A DNA stretch of 24,000 nucleotides from Ruminiclostridium sp. (GTDB lineage: Bacteria > Bacillota > Clostridia > Oscillospirales > Ruminococcaceae), in assembly GCA_017942025.1 (NCBI GenBank), contig JAGAVH010000039.1, positions 2,290 to 26,289 on the forward strand. The letters run 5' to 3'. The notes below the pieces were generated by a model. The model saw only the letters and a program-made list of their open reading frames with translations. It was not told where the DNA came from and did no database searches. Shown piece after piece: positions 17,826 to 24,000 of this stretch. A program made the position numbers and the translations under genes. Positions within the stretch are counted from its first letter, which is position 1. Each line of letters begins with the position of its first letter.

Positions 17826-18974
17826 ATGAGTATTCCACGTGATATAACGCTGCTTGGCAGTACAGGCTCAATAGGCACGCAGACTCTTGATGTGTGCAGA
17901 AAGCATAACATAAAGGTGACTGCGCTGACTTGTCACAGCAACGGAGAGCTTCTTTGCAGTCAGGCGAGGGAGTTTAATCCCGAATATGTCTGCGTCACAG
18001 ATGATAAGTGTTATAATTATGTAAAAACGGAGCTTGCCGATACCAATATAAAAATTCTTTATGGTATGGATGGTCTTTGCGAAACCGCCTCTGTAAAGAC
18101 TGATATGACAGTAAATGCCGTAGTAGGTATGGTAGGACTACGCCCCACTCTGGCGGCTCTCGACTACGGAAATAAGGTAGCTCTTGCCAACAAGGAAACT
18201 CTTGTTACAGGCGGCGAGCTTGTTATGAAAAAGGCGGCGGAAAAGAATCTGCCGATAATTCCCATAGACAGCGAGCACAGCGCTATTTTTCAGTCCCTTA
18301 TGGGCAACGAAAAAAATAAGATAGACAAAATTCTGCTTACAGCCTCAGGCGGACCCTTTTACGGATACAGCTACGAACAGCTTAAAGCAGTTACAAAGGC
18401 TCAGGCATTAAAGCATCCAAACTGGGCAATGGGACAAAAAATAACCATTGATTCTGCTACACTTATGAATAAGGGCTTAGAGCTTATAGAAGCAGTATGG
18501 CTTTTTGATACTGCTCCCGATGATATAGAGATACTTGTACACCGTCAGAGCATACTCCATTCTGCGGTGCAGTACGCGGATGGCTCGATAATCGGTCAGC
18601 TTGGCGTACCTGATATGAAGATACCGATACAGCTTGCTCTCACATATCCCGAGAGATTCGATTGCGACGTAAAAAGACTTTCCCTTGCAGATGTAGGTAC
18701 TCTTACTTTTGCAAGAGCGGATGAAGAAACCTTCCTTTGTCTTGCCTGCGCAAAAAAGGCGATAAAGCGAAGAGGTACAGCCTGCACGGTACTCAACAGC
18801 GCAAATGAAACGGCGGTAGCCTTATTCCTTCAGGATAAGATACCCTTTTACCGTATAGGAGAGCTTGTAGCCGATGCGCTGAATGATGTAAAGCCAAGCG
18901 ATAAGGTTACACTTGAAACAGTTCTTGAAACAGAGATTGCTGCCAGAGAATATGTTCTCAGTAAGGCAGTATAG
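17826..18974 (+). CDS. dxr: 1-deoxy-D-xylulose-5-phosphate reductoisomerase
   Basis: ITLLGSTGSIGTQTLDV, GNKVALANKETLVTGGELV, PIDSEHSAIFQSL, LTASGGPF, HPNWAMGQKITIDSATLMNKGLELIEA, HRQSILHSAVQYADGS. Confidence 0.97.
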   Translation: MSIPRDITLLGSTGSIGTQTLDVCRKHNIKVTALTCHSNGELLCSQAREFNPEYVCVTDDKCYNYVKTELADTNIKILYGMDGLCETASVKTDMTVNAVVGMVGLRPTLAALDYGNKVALANKETLVTGGELVMKKAAEKNLPIIPIDSEHSAIFQSLMGNEKNKIDKILLTASGGPFYGYSYEQLKAVTKAQALKHPNWAMGQKITIDSATLMNKGLELIEAVWLFDTAPDDIEILVHRQSILHSAVQYADGSIIGQLGVPDMKIPIQLALTYPERFDCDVKRLSLADVGTLTFARADEETFLCLACAKKAIKRRGTACTVLNSANETAVALFLQDKIPFYRIGELVADALNDVKPSDKVTLETVLETEIAAREYVLSKAV

Positions 18975-19006
18975 AATAATTACAGATTTGATATAAGGAG
19001 ATAGTT

Positions 19007-20239
19007 TTGGATATCTTTGGTATAATTATAGGAATTCTGATGTTCCTGCTTATAATTCTGATTCACGAGTTCGGTCATTTTACAGTAGCAAAGCTGTGCA
19101 AAATGAAGGTCAATGAATTCTCGATAGGTATGGGACCTGCCATATTAAAAAAGCAGAAGGGTGAAACGCTTTATTCGTTAAGACTTCTGCCTATAGGCGG
19201 CTTTGTATCGCTGGATGAGGATGTTGAAAACGACGATCCTGACAGCTTCCGCAATAAGCCCGTGTGGATGAGAATACTTGTTATAGCCGCAGGTGCGTTT
19301 ATGAATTTTGTGCTGGGCTTTATCTTCTGTATTGTATCGGTGCTGTGCAACGATAACATCTCCACCACAACAGTAGCTAAATTTTATGATGGTGCTGTAA
19401 GCTCACAACAGCTTATGGCAGGAGACAGAATAGATAGCATAAACGGTATGAAGATATTCACTACTATGGATATTTCCTTCCAGCTTACAAACTCAGACTC
19501 CAGGGAGGAAGGCTCAGGCTTCTACAAATACGACTTTGTGGTTATCCGTGACGGCAAGGAGGTAGAGCTGAAGGAGGTCAGATTTGCTTCAAAGGCATAC
19601 GCCCAGTTCCTTGCGGATTATACAAGCCTTGTGGGAGAAAGCGAAAAATACGCAAAGCTCCCGACAGAATATTTTGATATCAGCGACAACAGCTATACAG
19701 AGGCTTTTGTATCGTTGGAAAAATCCGACAGCGACTTTGCCGTAAAGTTCAAGGAGATTGCAGATAAATACAAGGCAGGTTATGAAACAGAAACAAACAA
19801 CCTATTCCTTGACTTTATCGTATATGGCGTAAAAAAGGATTTTGTTTCAGTTATCACAGCTGCCTGCAAAACCTTTGTATCCGATGCAAGACTTATCTGG
19901 ATATCTCTTATAAATCTGCTTACGGGTACCTACGGACTAAATGAAATGTCAGGCCCTGTAGGTGTTGTACAGAGCGTGGGAACAGTTGCCTCGTTCGGCA
20001 TCGGTTCACTTCTTACTCTGGCGGCGCTTATTGCGATAAACGTAGGTATAGTAAATCTGCTTCCTATCCCTGCTATGGACGGCGGTAGACTGGTATTCCT
20101 TATAATCGAAGCGATAAGGAGAAAACCTATCAAGGCGGAGCACGAAGGTCTTGTTCATTTTATCGGTATTGTGGCTCTTATGCTTCTTATGGTGATAGTG
20201 ACCTTCAATGATATAGCGAGAATTTTTACAGGTGGATAA
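19007..20239 (+). CDS. rseP: RIP metalloprotease RseP (site-2 protease), TTG start
   Basis: ILIHEFGHFTVAKLCKMKVNEFSIGMGP (HEXXH), LLPIGGFVSL, GPVGVVQSVG, NLLPIPAMDGGRLVFLIIEAIRRKPI. Confidence 0.94.
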   Translation: MDIFGIIIGILMFLLIILIHEFGHFTVAKLCKMKVNEFSIGMGPAILKKQKGETLYSLRLLPIGGFVSLDEDVENDDPDSFRNKPVWMRILVIAAGAFMNFVLGFIFCIVSVLCNDNISTTTVAKFYDGAVSSQQLMAGDRIDSINGMKIFTTMDISFQLTNSDSREEGSGFYKYDFVVIRDGKEVELKEVRFASKAYAQFLADYTSLVGESEKYAKLPTEYFDISDNSYTEAFVSLEKSDSDFAVKFKEIADKYKAGYETETNNLFLDFIVYGVKKDFVSVITAACKTFVSDARLIWISLINLLTGTYGLNEMSGPVGVVQSVGTVASFGIGSLLTLAALIAINVGIVNLLPIPAMDGGRLVFLIIEAIRRKPIKAEHEGLVHFIGIVALMLLMVIVTFNDIARIFTGG

Positions 20240-20251
20240 CAGGAGAATAAT

Positions 20252-21289
20252 ATGAGTGAAAAAAAGGTAAGGCTCGGCAATCTGTTGCTTGGCGGTGAAA
20301 AAATATATATCCAGTCTATGCTGAGCGTACCTGCTCACGATGTAAAGGGAAATGTGGAGCAGGCAATAGCTCTCGAAAAGGCAGGTTGCGAAATTATCCG
20401 TACTGCTGTACCTACCATCAAGGACGCAGAGCTTATAACAGCGCTCAAGAATGCGGTTAATATTCCTGTTGTTGCCGATATCCATTTTGACTATAGAATA
20501 GCTCTGCGATGCGCTGAGCTTGGCGTAGACAAGATAAGAATAAATCCCGGAAACATCGGCGGAGAGGACAGAGTAAAGGCGGTAGCCGATATCTGTAAAA
20601 GTAAGAATATCCCTATAAGAATAGGGGTAAACAGCGGTTCACTTGAAAAGGAGCTTTTACAGAAATACGGCAGTCCTACCCCCGAGGCGCTTTGCGAAAG
20701 TGCAGAAAGACATATTGCATTACTCAGAAAGTTTGATTTTGACGATATCGTTCTGTCGGTCAAATCCTCTGATGTAAGACTTATGATAAACAGCTACAGA
20801 GCTATACACGAAAAATATCCCTATCCGCTTCATTTAGGCGTTACCGAAGCGGGTACACAGCATATGGGTATTTTAAAATCCGCTGTGGGTATAGGCTCTC
20901 TTTTATCGGACGGAATAGGTGATACCATAAGAGTGTCTCTTACTGCTGATCCCGTAAACGAGGTGTATGCTGCAAAGGATATTTTAAAGGCTGTAGGAAT
21001 GGGCGAGGGTGTAGAGATAGTATCCTGTCCCACCTGCGGCAGAACCTCAATCGACCTTATCGGACTTGCCGAAAAGGTTGAAAATGCCACAAGAGATATA
21101 AAGAAGAATATAAAGATTGCCGTTATGGGCTGTGTTGTAAACGGACCGGGTGAAGCAAGAGAGGCGGATATCGGTGTTGCAGGCGGCAATGGCGAGGGAA
21201 TTATATTCAAAAAAGGCGAGATAATAAAAAAGGTAAGAGAAGAAGAACTGCTTTGCGAGCTTCTGAAGGAAGTTGAAAAGATTGTATAA
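20252..21289 (+). CDS. ispG: 4-hydroxy-3-methylbut-2-enyl-diphosphate synthase (GcpE/IspG)
   Basis: IYIQSMLSVPAHDVKGNVEQAIALEKAGCEIIRTAVP, PVVADIHFDYRIAL, KIRINPGNIGG, VSCPTCGRTSIDL, VMGCVVNGPGEAREADIGVAGG. Confidence 0.97.
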   Translation: MSEKKVRLGNLLLGGEKIYIQSMLSVPAHDVKGNVEQAIALEKAGCEIIRTAVPTIKDAELITALKNAVNIPVVADIHFDYRIALRCAELGVDKIRINPGNIGGEDRVKAVADICKSKNIPIRIGVNSGSLEKELLQKYGSPTPEALCESAERHIALLRKFDFDDIVLSVKSSDVRLMINSYRAIHEKYPYPLHLGVTEAGTQHMGILKSAVGIGSLLSDGIGDTIRVSLTADPVNEVYAAKDILKAVGMGEGVEIVSCPTCGRTSIDLIGLAEKVENATRDIKKNIKIAVMGCVVNGPGEAREADIGVAGGNGEGIIFKKGEIIKKVREEELLCELLKEVEKIV

Positions 21290-21304
21290 AGGATGGTAGT
21301 AAAA

Positions 21305-24000
21305 ATGGCAAAGCTGAAAGAAATTCTGAATAGTGTAGAACTGACCGATAGGGTAGGCGAGGGCAGATTGTTATCAATTCTTTGTGATGATAGCGATAAA
21401 AGTCTTATCCTCCAGCTTGGTGCGGACGAGCTTATTCCTGCGTCGCTTCTTATAGAAAATGCAGAGGTGATAAGAAAATATCTCGGTGTACCCTCGGTGA
21501 AGATTTACCCTAAGTATGACGAGAGTCTTTTCGATTCTGCATATCTTCGTGATATTGTGGATATCATGAAGGGTACTTACGGTATGATAAACGGCTATCT
21601 TGATGACGCGGAGATAAACGACGACGGCGATACCTTTGAGTTTTCGCTTATGCACGGCGGTTATGACCTGCTTATAAGTGAAAAGATAGACAAGGAAATA
21701 GAAAAGTTTATAAAGGGCGTTTTCGGCAAGAGTGTACATATATCCTTTGATGAAGTAAAAACTGTTGACTTTGAGGAAATGGACAGAATGTACTATGAGG
21801 AGCTTGCCTCCCAGCCTCTGCCCGATTTTGACGCAATAAACAAGAGAGCCGCAGAAAAGGCGGCAGAAAAAAGCTCAGGCGGCAAAAGAAAGAGCCGTCC
21901 CACTCCCTACGAGAATCCCAAGAACAAGAGCTTTTCCTATGAAAGTGAAAAATATGAGCAGAATGCTCTTTTATATCTGGGCGATATGATAGAAGAGCAG
22001 CCTACCGATATTTCTGCTTTAAACGGTGAATATAACAATGTGGCTGTATGGGGCGAGCTTTCCGATGTAGAGCGCAGAGATACAAGAAACGGCGTTTATA
22101 CCATCATTTCAGCAAATCTGTATGACGGTACCGGAAAAATTCCCGTAAAGATGTTTGCACAGACTGCGGAAATTGATAAATACAGCTTCTTTGACGACTA
22201 TGTGACAGTTGTTATGAGCGGTAGCTATAAGCTGGATACATATACAAATCAGAACAGCTTTTTAGCTGAAAATATCATTCAGGTACAGATGAAGGAAGGC
22301 TTTACAATGGCAAAGCCTAAGAACGATTTTTCTGCACCCTCCTTTGGTGCGCCGCCTGCACAGAGCGGTGGCTTCGGCGGTCGCCTTAATGTCCTTGATA
22401 ACCCTGAAGAAATGGAGCTTATGTTTGAAACAAAGCTATTCAACAGCACAGCAACCCTTGTTATGGGCAGACCGATAAACGACCACCCGGTTACTATGGC
22501 GTCTGTCACAAATGAACGTGACGAGGTAACTGTCTGGGGCGAGATTTTTGATGTTGAAAAGAAGGAAACGAAGTCAGGCAAATCTGTGATTGTCACCGCC
22601 GCCTTCAGCGACAGAACAAACTCGATGATGTTAAAGCTCTTTGTTCCTTCAAACAAAATGGATAGCATAGGCTTTATCTCAAAGGGTACAAAGATACTTG
22701 CGACAGGTAGCTTCAAGGCTGACGAGTTTATGAAGTGCAACGTATTCAATCCCTCTTCTGTTATGACAGTTACAACAACGGTAAAGAAGGATAACGCCGA
22801 AGTGAAGAGAGTAGAGCTTCACCTTCATACCACTATGTCGGATATGGACGCCGTGACAGCGCCTGCCGACCTTATAAAGCAGGCTCATAAATGGGGACAC
22901 AGAGCAATAGCTATAACTGACCACGGCAACGCTCAGGCATACCCCGAGGCTATGAATACGGTAGAAAAGATAAACAAGGACGATCCTGATTTCAAGGTCA
23001 TCTACGGACTTGAAGCCTACTTTGTAAACGACGGCAGTACAATAGTAGAGGGCTGTGACAACATCGATATAAATGATGATATAGTTATTTTCGATATAGA
23101 AACCACAGGACTTCATCCTGCCAGCGAAAGAATAACCGAAATAGGCGCTGTAAAGCTCAGAGGATTAGAGGTTGTCGAGGAATTCTCCACCTTTGTAAAT
23201 CCTATGATGCCTATCCCGATGAATATTCAGCAGCTTACGGGAATCACTGATGATATGGTAAAGGACGCACCCACAGAAGATAAGGCAGTTGCAGACTTTA
23301 TGGCGTTTGTGGGAACAGCTCCCGTAGCGGCACATAACGCAAAGTTCGATGTTTCATTTATAAAGAGCGTGTTATCCCGTATGGGCAGAGAGTTTACAAA
23401 TCCCGTTGTTGATACTCTTGCAATAAGCAAGGCGTCCTTAAAGGGACTGAAAAACCACAAGCTTGATACTATTGCGAAATATTACAAGCTGGGCGAATTT
23501 GATCATCACAGAGCGGTAGCGGATGCCAGGATGCTCTGCGATATCTATCTGCACATCATAAACGATACAAAGAAGATTGCAAAGCTTGAAAAGATAGGCG
23601 ATTTCAACAGAGCCTTCGGCGAGGTGGATATAAAGAAGCTTCCTTATTATCACCAGATAATCCTTGTGCAGAATAAGACAGGTCTTAAAAATCTCTACAG
23701 ACTTATTTCTGCATCCAATCTTGATTATTTCTATAAAAAACCGAGAATACCCAAGTCGCTTCTTGAAAAGTACAGAGAGGGACTTATTATTGGTAGCGCC
23801 TGCGAGGCTGGTGAATTATTCAGAGCAATTTTAGAGAATGCTCCCCAGGATAAGATAGACGAGATAGCGTCCTTCTATGATTACCTCGAAATCCAGCCTA
23901 CCGGTAACAATATGTTCTTATACCGCAAGGGCGATGTGCAGAGCATAGAAGAGCTTGAAAACCTGAACAGAAAAATAGTAGAGCTTGGCGACAGACTCGG
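21305..24000 (+). CDS. polC: DNA polymerase III PolC-type alpha subunit, 3'-truncated by window end
   Basis: Frame from ATG 21305. PHP-domain start [46 protein letters not shown]; embedded exonuclease [24 protein letters not shown]...[13 protein letters not shown]...DTLAISKA...[11 protein letters not shown]. Confidence 0.95.
   Translation, partial: [898 protein letters not shown]

Noticed and set aside
1-24000. tRNA/rRNA genes, phage or IS transposase, defence system genes
   Set aside because: No tRNA cloverleaf, rRNA core sequence, or transposase/integrase/defence protein was recognised in any frame. Remaining genes are ordinary housekeeping functions.

Overview
Mostly housekeeping DNA from a Firmicutes genome (clostridial/Ruminococcus-like; inferred from protein character and gene order). 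In order: 3' part of tuf, cca, an mreB-like gene, a small XRE-family regulator (-), a small membrane protein with a C-terminal zinc ribbon (+), a LUD-domain protein (-), manA, a ROK glucokinase, radC, uvrB, uvrA, hom, and a classical pyrH-frr-uppS-cdsA-dxr-rseP-ispG-polC run (polC truncated by the window end). The unusual content is non-coding and lies between about 3.4 and 5.0 kb. Two hairpin arrays occupy the only two convergent gene junctions in the window. (A) 4863-4997 is a tandem array of six very short-loop hairpins. Four consecutive steps are exactly 24 bp, three spacers are identical (ATATCAC), every loop is GNA, and the stem sequence differs in every unit while pairing is kept. (B) 3419-3864 is a larger element with about ten short-loop hairpins, an internally duplicated two-hairpin module with covarying stems, imperfect inverted arms, and a four-tract G-quadruplex motif on the minus strand. 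These two elements bracket the XRE / zinc-ribbon membrane protein pair, whose divergent promoter region carries two AACGGTWAACCGTT operators around a consensus sigma-70-type promoter. The hairpin arrays are the best candidates for an undescribed system; their function is unknown from sequence alone.
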